Positions 42,239 through 54,560 of a DNA stretch of 64,000 bases are shown one piece after another. Each line of letters begins with the position of its first letter. Positions within the stretch are counted from its first letter, which is position 1. A model generated the notes under the pieces. It ran no database searches. It saw only the letters and a list, made by a program, of their open reading frames with translations, and was not told the origin of the DNA. Both the position numbers and the translations under genes were made by a program. The DNA comes from Eledone cirrhosa (taxonomy: Eukaryota), in assembly GCA_964016885.1 (NCBI GenBank), contig OZ024754.1, positions 45,384,001-45,448,000 on the forward strand. The letters run 5' to 3'.

Positions 42239-42584
42239 ATGGTACCTCTTCTAGTTGTCTCTTCTGTCATTCTTGACCAAAATTGATTATTAAGCTAATG
42301 ATTATTCTCTTCAACAAAAGTCTGGATTAATTCATTAATTTCTCATTACTTAGTACATTAGATATGCTACCAGCTACATTAACATTCAGGGAATAGAGTT
42401 TTACAGGTGAGATGGCTTTGTCATTTATCTATGAAAGGAGACAACCATCGGGCTAATATTGATAAGCAGTAATGAGCATGAAGTTTCAGAAAACTGACAA
42501 AGGGTCCTCCGGCTGTTTCGACGACGAATGTTCCAACCAATACGGTCAACTGAACAGCCCACTCGTGAAATTAACGAATAAGTT

Positions 42585-42676
42585 ATTGAGCATTGCAATA
42601 ACACGAGTACTATTAATATAGTTCTCGGGATATTCAGCATGACACAGTATGTGACAAGGCTGACTCTTAGAATTAC
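42585..42676 (-). mobile_element. SINE family 2-associated body fragment
   Basis: TAGTTCTCGGGATATTCAGCATGACACAGTATGTGACAAGGCTG, homologous to 29895-29955. Confidence 0.6.
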
Positions 42677-42710
42677 ACACACACATATTAGTATGTGTAT
42701 TCATTACATT

Positions 42711-42918
42711 TAATGATATAAGGTTTGTTTACAAACAAACATTTGAAAGCCTTTCGCTATGAAATTCGGGAGCTGATATTTAGCGCCATCTAGGCAATTC
42801 CTGTAGAAGCAGAAAAGAGGCACTACCGACTATCGTTTGTGACCCCTACCTTGCTCTCAGATGATAGCAGTGCAGGGGGTATATTGTTGGCTATTCGTAA
42901 ACAAACTGTATGTCATTA
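42711..42918. mobile_element. Probable MITE with 25-bp imperfect TIRs
   Basis: Left TAATGATATAAGGTTTGTTTACAAA versus reverse complement of the right end TAATGACATACAGTTTGTTTACGAA. Confidence 0.6.
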
Positions 42919-42946
42919 TATCATTATAATCATTATATCATTATAT

Positions 42947-43046
42947 CGAGATTAACTTTGCCTTTCATCCTTACGGGGTCGATAAAATAAAGTACCAGTA
43001 ATGCACTGGTATTTGCTGGCCTTGTGCCAAAAGTAGAAACAATTAT
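42947..43046 (+). mobile_element. SINE family 1, 3' half
   Basis: TTAACTTTGCCTTTCATCCTTACGGGGTCGATAAAATAAAGTACCAG...AGTAGAAACAATTA. Confidence 0.9.
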
Positions 43047-43110
43047 ATCATTATATATATTATATATATATATATGTTATATACATATATATCCTTATAT
43101 ATATATATAT

Positions 43111-43184
<74 letters not shown>

Positions 43185-43283
43185 TTGTGTGTGTAAACAT
43201 ACAGGCATATTAATGTAACTTGAAGATAAATATCATACTTTCTCTTTATATTTTGGGTTTATATACGGGCATATATATATGTA

Positions 43284-43324
<41 letters not shown>

Positions 43325-43864
43325 TTCACATTTATTTTATTCTCTATCCAACACGTAATTCGATTATCATCATTTCATCAACGTTTGCGCGAAAAATGTG
43401 ATATCTTTCTTAGTCTTCAAATATTAGCATATCATACTTACTACACAACTTGCAGACAAATGGCTATAGATTTTATTTTACATACTTCTTCTTTGTCTGT
43501 GTAGATAAAGGTATTTTTGTTAAATTGCACATATACAAGTGTGTGTATGTGAGTGTGTATGTGAGTGTGTGTGTGAATGTGTGTGATGTCTGATTGCATG
43601 TGTGTCAGTTTCAGCGTGCTTGAGCTTCATTCTCACTCTATATATATTATCTCTCTCTCTCTCTCTCTCTTTTCGGTCTCTCCCTTTCTCTCTCTCCCCC
43701 TCTTTCTCTCTTTCTCTCTTTATATATATATATATATAACTATTTGTTTGTTATATATATGTATATATATGCATATTTGAAAAAATATACATATGAATAT
43801 ATGAATGTGTGTCTACATAAATATATAAGTGTTCGTCCTTGTGTCTGAGAGAGTGTGTGATAGC

Positions 43865-43895
<31 letters not shown>

Positions 43896-44239
43896 CTTGC
43901 GTAGACTTATATAGACATTCTCTTGTAAATTTGACCGACCTTAATATCTTTTATTTGTGCTTCATTTGTGTTTTTATATCAACATTATCGACTCTCGTCT
44001 CTATTTCTGCAGTTGATGCTAACATTTTTTCGTCTCCGTTTCTTTTGTTGATATTGATGATGTTTCGCTTGCTGACGTTATTAAAGCCGCCATCTTGTTT
44101 TTTCTAGAAGCATCTTTATTCTTCTTATTGTTATTTCAGACATTTTCTTCACTTTAGTCTCTTAAAGAAAACGTTGCTTATATAAGTAAATTCTCTACTG
44201 AGTAATTCGCACAGCAACTTATACACACACACACACATA

Positions 44240-44278
<39 letters not shown>

Positions 44279-44414
44279 GTACTTATGTATGTATGTGTCA
44301 GTGTACACACGTATACAAACATTATATTTTTATACATTAATGTATATAAATATATACATACATGCATACATGATTATATGAAAAAGCATATAATTATACA
44401 TATAAATGCATAAT

Positions 44415-44446
<32 letters not shown>

Positions 44447-44947
44447 AATATATATATATATATTTATATATATAGTCAGCGTAATTGAAAGATAGACAAA
44501 AAGAGCGATAGAGAGAGATAGAGCTGCTCGTTTTATGTGTGAATCCGTGAATATCTGGGAGGTAGTTGATATGTTCTCCCTTAGTATGTCTACATATTTA
44601 CTTACATTTCTGGTCTAATATACAGCTGTCTATGTACAAGTATATTTTTCAAAATAATTATGTTTATAATAATTAAATACCTATAATTATATCGAATTAG
44701 CTTTCTGTTACTTACTAATGTCATTCCATCTCTTTTATATTTGCACTAACGTTTGAAACATACATAATATTCACAAATTCAACAACACATTGCAGAATCA
44801 GCCAAATGTAATGCATATGCCTACCACAATATATCTAATCTTTCAGATTCCTGATACGTATAATCGTACAAACGCACTCTCTCTCTCTCTCTATCTCGCA
44901 CACACGCACATATGCACGCTGTATTTACCAACCCACATACACTTAGA

Positions 44948-44990
<43 letters not shown>

Positions 44991-45844
44991 TGATACGGTT
45001 GTTTTGTTGTAGTTTTGTTGTAGCATTGTGTGGTATGTCAACGTTTTGCTTCTTTAGTCGGTCACAGATATTTGGTGCTCTTTCGTTGGAGTTGTTTAGG
45101 TTAGGATGAGTTCTATGGCTGTCATAGGTAGCTGACATTATGTGTGTAATGGCTTAGGGAGGCGGTTGGTAACGTAGCTTAGCATGGTTGTGGGAGTACT
45201 ATTTCACTGAGGGTAAGCTCAGAAACGTTGACGAAAATGTCAATGATGGAAACTGGTACGGTAAATAGTCCAGACCACCAGGCATAACGATGTCTTAGTC
45301 TCAATATATTCACACGGGCATCGTATTTGTATGTGTATGGCGACGTCCATGTTATTTAGAAATTAAACATCTTTAAATGACCAAACTGAGTGTAATAAGC
45401 ACACAGCCATTTGCTGAAATATTTATGTTATGCGATGAAGAGAAAACAAATCATATATAGTACGTCAAATCCACCTGGCAGTCTCATTCAAAAAAGAAGC
45501 AACTGACGCAGACTATGTTGCCGTTCTATATACTGTCTGGTCAGAAGACATATTCGATTTAACCCAATAGAGAACTAAAGAGCAAATGCAGTACTAATGT
45601 GAGATTACTGTAAATATCCTATATTTTGATGTCTCTGTGGAGAGAAAGAATTTCCACGTATGCAATACAAAATATATTTTGCAAACATTGGTTATTTTAT
45701 GGAATAATACATTCTGAGAAAATGGAGCATGTACTTTGTAAGACTTCACAGAAATACGTTCTCTGTTAATGTACATAACCCAGACGCTTTCAGTGTTGTT
45801 TTAAAAGGATTTTTGTTTCTAAACTAAATATTTAACGCACATTA

Positions 45845-46025
45845 TGGCAGTATCGGTAGAGGGTCGGACGCCATGCTTCCTAGCACAGTTACGTCCCTTT
45901 ACAGTCTGAGTTCAAATCCCGTCGAGGTTAACTTTGCCTTTTATCCTTACGTGGTCGATAAAATAAAGTACCAGTATTGTACTGGGAAATTGCTGGCATT
46001 GTGCCGAAAGTAAAAACAATTATTA
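45845..46025 (+). mobile_element. SINE family 1, near full length
   Basis: TGGCAGTATCGGTAGAGGGTCGGACG...GAGTTCAAATCCC, then core and tail. Confidence 0.92.
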
Positions 46026-46134
46026 TAAGTGTATTATAAAATTAAATTAAATTGTTTAGAACTACAAGTGAACTTATTCGGTTCCTTTCTTTTTAAATGT
46101 ACCTAGCTGTACCAAGGATTTCTTTCACACCTAT

Positions 46135-46174
<40 letters not shown>

Positions 46175-46217
<43 letters not shown>

Positions 46218-46334
46218 CCTAAACCATACACATCTCAGAAACGAAAGAAATTGATTTAAATTATGTGTGTGTGTGTGTGTGTGTGTATATGCCTAAACCA
46301 TACACATCTCAGAAACGAAAGAAATTGATTTAAA
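46175..46334. repeat. Tandem duplication of a (GT)n + 50-bp unique unit
   Basis: ATATGCCTAAACCATACACATCTCAGAAACGAAAGAAATTGATTTAAA occurs twice, each preceded by (GT)n. Confidence 0.9.
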
Positions 46335-46420
46335 GTGTATTAATACAAGAATTGTACTGGATTAGACTGCACTATTCATGTTTAATTATAATTAGGTTAT
46401 AAATATTTCTCTAGTAAATA

Positions 46421-46485
46421 ACCCAGTACATTACTGGTACTTTATTTTATCGACCCCGTAAGGATGAAAGGTAAAGTTAACCTCG
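46421..46485 (-). mobile_element. SINE family 1 core fragment
   Basis: CCCAGTACATTACTGGTACTTTATTTTATCGACCCCGTAAGGATGAAAGG. Confidence 0.85.
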
Positions 46486-49179
46486 TATATAATAATGGGT
46501 TGACACTTCCAAAGGTTTTAGGTAATTCAATACAGTGACGTAGTGAAGTGGGTGTATGGGTTTGCCCGTATTTGCAAGAAAAACGTAAGGCCTTTAGCGT
46601 ACGTATTGCATAAACCAGCAATACATAGTCGTCTCCACGTGACAGTGGCGTATGGGTGTATGGGTGTGTTGGTGTATGGGTGTGTAGGTGTATGGGTGTG
46701 TGGGTGGATGTGGGTGGGAGCATTTGTAGCGAGGTGAGAAAGAGAGGTGATATGATGAGAAAGAGCGAATTAGATAGAGAGTTAGTGAGGAGAGAGGCGG
46801 GAGAAAAGTGGTCGGAAGCGAGTGGGAGAGGTAGAAAGTGCGCAGAGGAGTGGCATGAGGAAAGAGTGAGAAGTAATTAGAAAGTAAGAGAGGAGAGAAA
46901 TGGTCTGATGAGAGGGTGAGAAATAGGGACGTAAGAGAGGAGAGAGCGACAATGTGATGAGAGAGGGAGAAGTAGAGGTTTAAAGAGAGAGAGAGAGACG
47001 GTGTGATGTGAGAGGGAGAATTAGAGATGTAAGGAGAGAGAGAGAGAGAGAGGGGAGGGGGTGATAAGAAAGGATAGATTGAGAAGTAGACATAGAGCAA
47101 AGATTAATTTTCAGGTAGAGTCTACATGGAATATTGATAAAACATCAGAAAGGAAATAAATAGAGAGATAATAACATAAAAAGAGAGAAATAATATATAT
47201 AAATATATATATATACACAGAGAGAAAATGTTGTCAGGCAGAGATATACACACAGGGAGCGAGAAATTAAGACAGAGTAAGCAAGAGAGAGAGCGGGGAG
47301 ATTGAAATAGAGAAGGAGAGCGATAGAGAAAGATATGACTGCATAAGGGAAATGAAAAATGTGACTTTTTTCTATATAAGTATTCTGCAGTGTGTGGGCG
47401 TTCACTGGTGACAGCGTTTTCTATTTGAATTTATTCACTCTTTAAAGAGCTCACTGTCGTCATTTTTTTACAAGGCAGAACCAGACATATACCTGGGTGA
47501 GCTAAACAGTCCATAGGCTATGATGCTAGAGCTGTGAAATCTTTAATGCATTAATTTTAACTCTTATTATTATCCAAAGAATATGACATCTGGATGTTCA
47601 AAGAAGACTTCTAAAGGACCTAGTAGCGAATTGTCTTGGAAATGGACAACATTTAGCATCGTGGTGTTATATATAAATAAATATATATATATATATATAT
47701 ATGGAAAGTTATATTTAAATTGTTGGGTTAACAACGAGTAAATATTTATAACTGATATAAAAGCACTCAACAAGTATTTGGAGTATATTTATGATATTAA
47801 ATAAATGGAAACTTTATTTATAAAACCATATTTATTTCGTTATATATATTTCAGGGATATCATATTAACAATATGTTATGCCTTCTTCAGACAAAATACA
47901 ATATAAACAGTCTTATAAATAAATAGATACGACATACCTTTCAATCACCTTGCATTTGGGAGGTTGATTTGGCAGTAAAAAATATTGTGGACAGTTGTAA
48001 AAAGAAAGAGAAAAAGAAAGAAAGAAAGAGAAACGAAGAAAAAGAAGAAATGCATGTGACTAAATAGAGAGATATAGAAAGATAGATAAAGAGAAGAACT
48101 TCATGTAAAGAAACAGAGAGAAATATATAGAGAGAGAGGAAAAAAGAAAGAGATAGATATAGATAGATAGAGAAACTAGGAAGTTGAGTATCGGTTGATA
48201 CATTTATTTACTTATTTATTTATTTATTTAGCTCTAGTATTAATGTAAAGAGAGATGTATGTAGTTAAGAGAGAAAATAGCCGTTATATAGAGAGAAAAA
48301 AGAGAAAATGAAAAAGAGAAGATGAAAAATAACCAGACATAAACGAGGCAGAATTTAAAAACGCTATGTATCATCCTGTAGAAAATATTAGTTCGTATAA
48401 AACAGGCATTATAATGTAAATATCAGTATTCATGAATGAGACATGTATCTATAATGTGTGAAAAGTAATGATCTTATGTCTAGTTTTTAAAAATTCATAT
48501 GTTTATATCATAATTATAAACAAACTCCCAATTCACACGAAAACATTCTCATTGTGCTATAAAAATTCAAGTATACATATATGTGTGTATATATACACAT
48601 ATATATAGAGTCTATATTAATTTTAACAATACTATTCTTGTCTTTACTCTACATGATTGTCGATCAAGCAGAAATAGAGAACAGATTTCAATATAAAAAT
48701 AAAAATAAAAATAAAAATATCAGAGACAAGAAAATAAATAAATAAACAGAAAACTAAAACATTTAATATTAAAAATAAAAAATATTACAAAATATTAAAA
48801 AATAATAAAAATAAAACATAGTATGCCACGCAAATCGGCCACAGAGATCAGCCTTTCAAAGTTAATTGACAATATATTGCCAAGTTCATCATAAGCATCA
48901 GAGTCGAAACAGATAAAACAAAAATTGTTTACCAAATCCTGTCTAGCAGAAATCATTCCAAAAGTTAAGGATACCCATTTGGTCTACATATGTTCTTATA
49001 TTTAATATAGAAGTTTATCTAGTGTAAAATTTAATTCGATATATTTGGAGCATCAGCTTTTAGGGTAGTTTAATTATTCATGAAGAATGTTTTAATAAAA
49101 AGAATGTTTTAATAAAAAGAAGAAATCGAAAGATTTATCGGCTAGTTTCATAAATAATTACAAATCAAATCAAACATAA

Positions 49180-50472
49180 CTACATTTTAAATTTAAATTT
49201 ATATTTAAACGTTGAGTTCAATCTATGTCTGCAGCACCTGAATAAATTTGTCCGTAGATTAAGGGAATTTTTAGATTTTAGTATAAAGAATATCTCCTCC
49301 GCACAGAGGTCACATGTCTGAGAGGATGAATTAAAAGGAATCCCCCTTGAAACTATATTCCAAGTCGTCGAATATCTAACGTTATCATGCCTAAGTTGCC
49401 AGAGTACGCCTGATAGTGCTGTTGAAGATTTTTTGGATGGATCTGTGAAAGAATTATTGTGGTTGTTATAGCGAAGTTTAAATTCCGTCGATGTAGAACC
49501 AACGTAGTTAAAAGAATTAACGTCCGTTTTAACATTACAGTTGTATATTATATTTTTAACTAAGCAGTTGTTATTTAACGGACATTTAGATCTATCTCTA
49601 CAGTTACATTTGTTAACTTGGATATTATTTATGCTATTATCGCTAGGTTTTAAGTTCCTGTTATTTATTCTATTAATATTTTGCGCTAAATTTTTGGTGG
49701 ATGAGTAGGTTAGTTTTATAGTATGTCTATTGAAAATTGAGTGATACCTATGTGTTCTAGGAAAGCGATTATCAAGAGCTTTAAAAAATAGTTTAGCAAT
49801 GTGGGTTTTAATGTTTAGTGAGAAAGGGGGGGCAAACCATATTATATTCCTAGTTCTATTTCTTTTATGGCTTTTGGAATTATTGTAATGCTTTCTATTA
49901 TAGTTGTTAAGGTTGTGGCCGTAATTAAAATAGTTGTTATTTTGTTTAATTTGTTTATCATTATCTATGTACATAATTTTATCACTATATCCTGCTCTAG
50001 CTAACGCTTCATTGTAATAATGGGCTTTTTCGTCGAAAATCTTTTTATTAGATGAGATTCTAGAGATACGTGATTGGACAGAGTTTACTATAGTATTTTT
50101 AACAGATCTGGGGTGGTTAGAGTTAAAGCTGACATAGTTTAAGTTTTCATTCAACTTGTGAAATGGATAGTGAAGACATGTGTTGAGATTTAATGTTATA
50201 TCTAGGAAGTTGACTATTCTATGGTTATTCTCAATTTCTATTTTTAGATTAAAGTGATTAAAAAATTGTGTAATTTGTTTTCTTTTTCTATTTAGTTCAG
50301 AGTTATTATTATCAATAAGTAAAAGCATGTCATCTCTATATAAACCTCCGGTAGTACCAGGTATTTTCCTATGCAGCGAATTGATTAAAAATAAGCCCAC
50401 AAGGTCAGTTACCTGAGCTGAGTCATGGTAGTGACTGAATCTTAACCATTCTACTATGTCAGGGTATGTCAT
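49180..50472 (-). CDS. Penelope-like element RT (C-terminal part) + GIY-YIG endonuclease, 5'-truncated, reading frame intact
   Basis: 430 aa: DSAQVTDLVGLF (RT motif B region), GGLYRDD catalytic motif, NFLDITL, RNIIWFAPPFS, Cys linker CNCRDRSKCPLNNNCL, IIY...YVGST..FKLRYNNH (GIY-YIG), C-terminal CDLC...CRH. The first ~16 aa are not RT-like, so the Met is probably fortuitous. Confidence 0.93.
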   Translation of the reverse strand: MTYPDIVEWLRFSHYHDSAQVTDLVGLFLINSLHRKIPGTTGGLYRDDMLLLIDNNNSELNRKRKQITQFFNHFNLKIEIENNHRIVNFLDITLNLNTCLHYPFHKLNENLNYVSFNSNHPRSVKNTIVNSVQSRISRISSNKKIFDEKAHYYNEALARAGYSDKIMYIDNDKQIKQNNNYFNYGHNLNNYNRKHYNNSKSHKRNRTRNIIWFAPPFSLNIKTHIAKLFFKALDNRFPRTHRYHSIFNRHTIKLTYSSTKNLAQNINRINNRNLKPSDNSINNIQVNKCNCRDRSKCPLNNNCLVKNIIYNCNVKTDVNSFNYVGSTSTEFKLRYNNHNNSFTDPSKKSSTALSGVLWQLRHDNVRYSTTWNIVSRGIPFNSSSQTCDLCAEEIFFILKSKNSLNLRTNLFRCCRHRLNSTFKYKFKFKM

Positions 50473-50480
50473 GCATCATC

Positions 50481-50548
50481 TTATTTTATCCGATGAGGAC
50501 GTACTGTTGAAGTTAACTCAGTACCTCTGAAATATGTATAATAAAATA
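50481..50548 (+). ncRNA. Hammerhead-like motif, antisense to and next to the PLE 5' truncation
   Basis: TATTTTAT-CCGATGA-GGACGTACTG-(12 nt)-CAGTACCTCT-GAAA-TATG-TA-TA-ATAAAATA. U4C core variant, 10-bp helix II with one mismatch, helix I offset by 2 nt. Confidence 0.6.
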
Positions 50549-50591
50549 CACTTGATCACAAGAATATCTATTTTGTTAATATTTTGAATTA

Positions 50592-50631
<40 letters not shown>

Positions 50632-50634
50632 ATG

Positions 50635-50724
<90 letters not shown>

Positions 50725-52088
50725 CGTATATATAGGGAGAGAGAGAGCGATACATATACATACATACAATCAAACACACACATATGTATTTAGATCTGGT
50801 ACTCATATATATATAACACATACATTTCTTTTAACTATATATATATATATATATATATATAAATATATAAATACGTTATTCATAGTCAAAATAAGTACAT
50901 ATATCCATAAGAGACAAATGAGCTGGAAATTTCCCTATCGGCATCAAATAATCGCTTCTGGATATTACAGCCGAAACGAAATCGTTTATAAGCATAGAAA
51001 TCTGATTTCACCAGGGATAAGAACGAATGGTCAAGTTATAATTCAATATGAGATAAGTTGTTTAGGAATTAAATAAAATCAACATGCCTAGGTACGACAT
51101 CAAATTATTAAGTAATTTCCAATCACTAACAACATTCTACTGCGCTATTTTCAAAAACACTTTTCTGACGTAGCTTCATTCACATTTACTTACACATGTG
51201 CTACGTGGCTAAATAACTGCTAGCAATATTCCTGCTTGCTAAAATATTTGCCAATTCATTCTTCAGAGACGGAGAAGCTAGTATTTAACCAATCTGTATA
51301 GGAATGAATAAATGAATAAATAATAAGTTTTATAGATCACTGCATCATCCATATTAACCTGTAACTCGCGATATGAAGGAACAGTGATTGTAATATTTCA
51401 TGTAAATATAACATATTAAAGTAGTAGACAAATAAAGATATCATAATGAGATTAACTATAAACATGGATCTAATTATACAATCTTGGCCAGAGCGACAAT
51501 GAAAACATCCTCGAAATAAGAAACAGGAAATAATTGGATTTTATTTAAAATATGAAGATATAGATGCAGCTGTGAGTCCGTAATGTTTTATAGTAGTACT
51601 GTGACAACTGTATATATCTCGCCTGTTTTAGTCTTCCTAGGGGGAGCAATGTATTACATCTACTTAGAAGACCATATTCACTTTAAAATATATGCATGGG
51701 AACTATAAATAAGTGATTCAATAAAACATAGGTTCACTATTATATGAATAAAATGTTAAAATGTGCTGATACACATTCTTTCGCGATTCATTTCATTCAG
51801 AACTCTCACATAGTTCTTTCAAATAACAATTCCCAGTATATATGCACACCATTTGTTATATATATATATATATATATATATTTATTTATTTATTTATTTA
51901 ATCGTTTTAAACATTTGTATAGAGCTAGTAAGCCATGAAATCAAGAAGTATCTTAGACGTAAGCGAAAAAAATACCAAGAGAGATACGAAGAGAGAACAA
52001 TCAAATAAAAGAGGACAAGAGAAAGCAAAAATACATGAATCAGAAAAAAAAATGAAAAACAAAAAGAACTATATAACATTAAGAAAGG

Positions 52089-52464
52089 CATGTACGACAC
52101 CACGTGATTTTGTATTGAAAAGTTTGAAAGTAGGTTTATAAGTATGAATTTTCAATAATTTCTGTAGTTGTATCTGTGGCTTAACGGTAGGTGCTAGAGT
52201 CGGTGATGATCCTATTCTTAGGTTCGATCCTGGTCAAGGTGTACATGTTATCTTTTTCAGTTTTTATTTTACATCCTATAGAAAAAAACTGAAAAGGTTT
52301 ATCGGGAACCCTACTCTCGACCAGGATACAACTTCAGACCAGGATCACCACCGTCTATCATTCCTCCAGCTAGGCCACCGAGATAGCTACAAAAGTATAA
52401 TGAGAATTAATAATTATAAACCTACTTTCAAAATCAAAATTAAAAAGAAGTTGTGTCGTTCATG
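52089..52464. mobile_element. Old fold-back element whose arms contain tRNA-like A/B boxes
   Basis: Diverged inverted arms (TTTGAAAGTAGGTTTATAA at 52123 versus TTATAAACCTACTTTCAAA ending ~52432; GATCCT/AGGATC; ATCCTGGTC/GACCAGGAT; TTTTCAGTTTTT/AAAAACTGAAAA). A-box-like GTGGCTTAACGG at 52176, B box GGTTCGATCC at 52221-52230. Confidence 0.65.
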
Positions 52465-53179
52465 GCTTTCCTAGAGTTACAAAAGTATAATGAAAATAAA
52501 AAAATATAAACTATATATACAAACACAAACGCAGGATCCACTGGCAATTCGTCACACACATGATAACATGACAGGAAGTATGTAAAGGTTTTGATAAAGC
52601 GCAGTGTAGTAAGTGATAAATGTCGGTGGTGAAGAATGGAAATGTGAATAAATATTTGGAGTGAGAAAGTACATATGGGATAGTAATGAATCAATAAGTG
52701 TGGATGTAGAAATAGTGTTACTTTCTAAATAAAGAATCCCAGAATGGAATGATAACGAATGAATAACTGACAGGAAAAAAAAAAGTGGAATAAAGAAAGA
52801 AAAATGGAAACACGGTATAGAGAAATAAAAGAAGAAAAAAACAGGAAGAAAAATATAAGAAAGAAAGATAGAAAGAGTGCAAGACAGAGAGAGAGAAAGA
52901 AAGAAAGAAAGAAAGAAGGGGGTAAAGAAAGAAAGACGGAATTTGAAGAAAGAAACAAGTTGTAATGAATGGAGAATATAGGATTATGGGATAAATAATG
53001 GCAGAAATCTTTGAAATAAAATTCAATGAAAGATTCATAGGAAGAAGGATAACTGTTCTAAATCAGAAATTGTAAGAAAGATCGAGAGAACGTGAGACTG
53101 AAGCACACATATACACACAACAAACAAAACATTTACAAACACACGCTATTACAGAAACACGCACACACACACTCTCTCA

Positions 53180-53185
53180 TATATG

Positions 53186-53252
<67 letters not shown>

Positions 53253-53271
53253 GTGTATATATATATATGTG

Positions 53272-53326
<55 letters not shown>

Positions 53327-53347
53327 GTGTATATATATGTGTATATA

Positions 53348-53386
<39 letters not shown>

Positions 53387-53391
53387 ATATA

Positions 53392-53446
<55 letters not shown>

Positions 53447-53521
53447 ATATATATATGTATATATATATATATATATGTGTGTGTATATATATATGTATAT
53501 ATATATATATATATGTATGTA

Positions 53522-53620
<99 letters not shown>

Positions 53621-53634
53621 ATATATAAATATAT

Positions 53635-53672
<38 letters not shown>

Positions 53673-53806
53673 ATATATGTATATATATAAATATATACAT
53701 ATATATATATTTATGTATATATGTATATTTATGTATATATGTATATTTATTTATATAAATATATATATATATACACATATATATATAATATAAATATATA
53801 TATATA
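53180..53806. repeat. (TA)n/(TG) interrupted array
   Basis: Direct reading. Confidence 0.95.
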
Positions 53807-54009
53807 AACAGAGAGAGAGAGAGGGGGGAGAGAATGAGAGACATGTGAGGGGGAATGCTTAAATACACGGAGAAAGAAAGAGTGAGGTTTAAAATTTCAA
53901 GAGTTTAGGAAAATGAAAGTGAAAAAATATAGTGAGAAAGAAAGTATCCGAAATAAATTCTGAATATCCGAATATATATAAATATATATTCGGATATAGA
54001 TATATAGAT

Positions 54010-54017
54010 AGATATAT

Positions 54018-54090
<73 letters not shown>

Positions 54091-54360
54091 TCGGATATAT
54101 ATATATATTATATATATATATATATTCGGATATATATATATATAATATATATAACATATATATATATATATTATATATATTATATATATATATATTATAT
54201 ATATTATATATATATATATATTATATATATTATATATATATATATATTATATATATTATATATATATATTATATATATTAATTTATATATATATATATAT
54301 ATATTAATTTATATATATATATATATATATTAATTTATATATATATATATATATATATTA

Positions 54361-54397
<37 letters not shown>

Positions 54398-54456
54398 TTT
54401 ATATATATATATATATATATATATTAATTTATATATATATATATATATATATATTA

Positions 54457-54529
<73 letters not shown>

Positions 54530-54560
54530 TTTATATATATATATATATATATAAATATAA
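54010..54560. repeat. (TA)n array with TTCGGA and TTAATTT higher-order units
   Basis: Direct reading. Confidence 0.9.

Noticed and set aside
48830-48930. Expected sense-strand hammerhead in the PLE 3' region (TTGAAA-GGCT..GGCC-GATT on minus)
   Set aside because: Core too degenerate (no GAAA, no NUH) to support.
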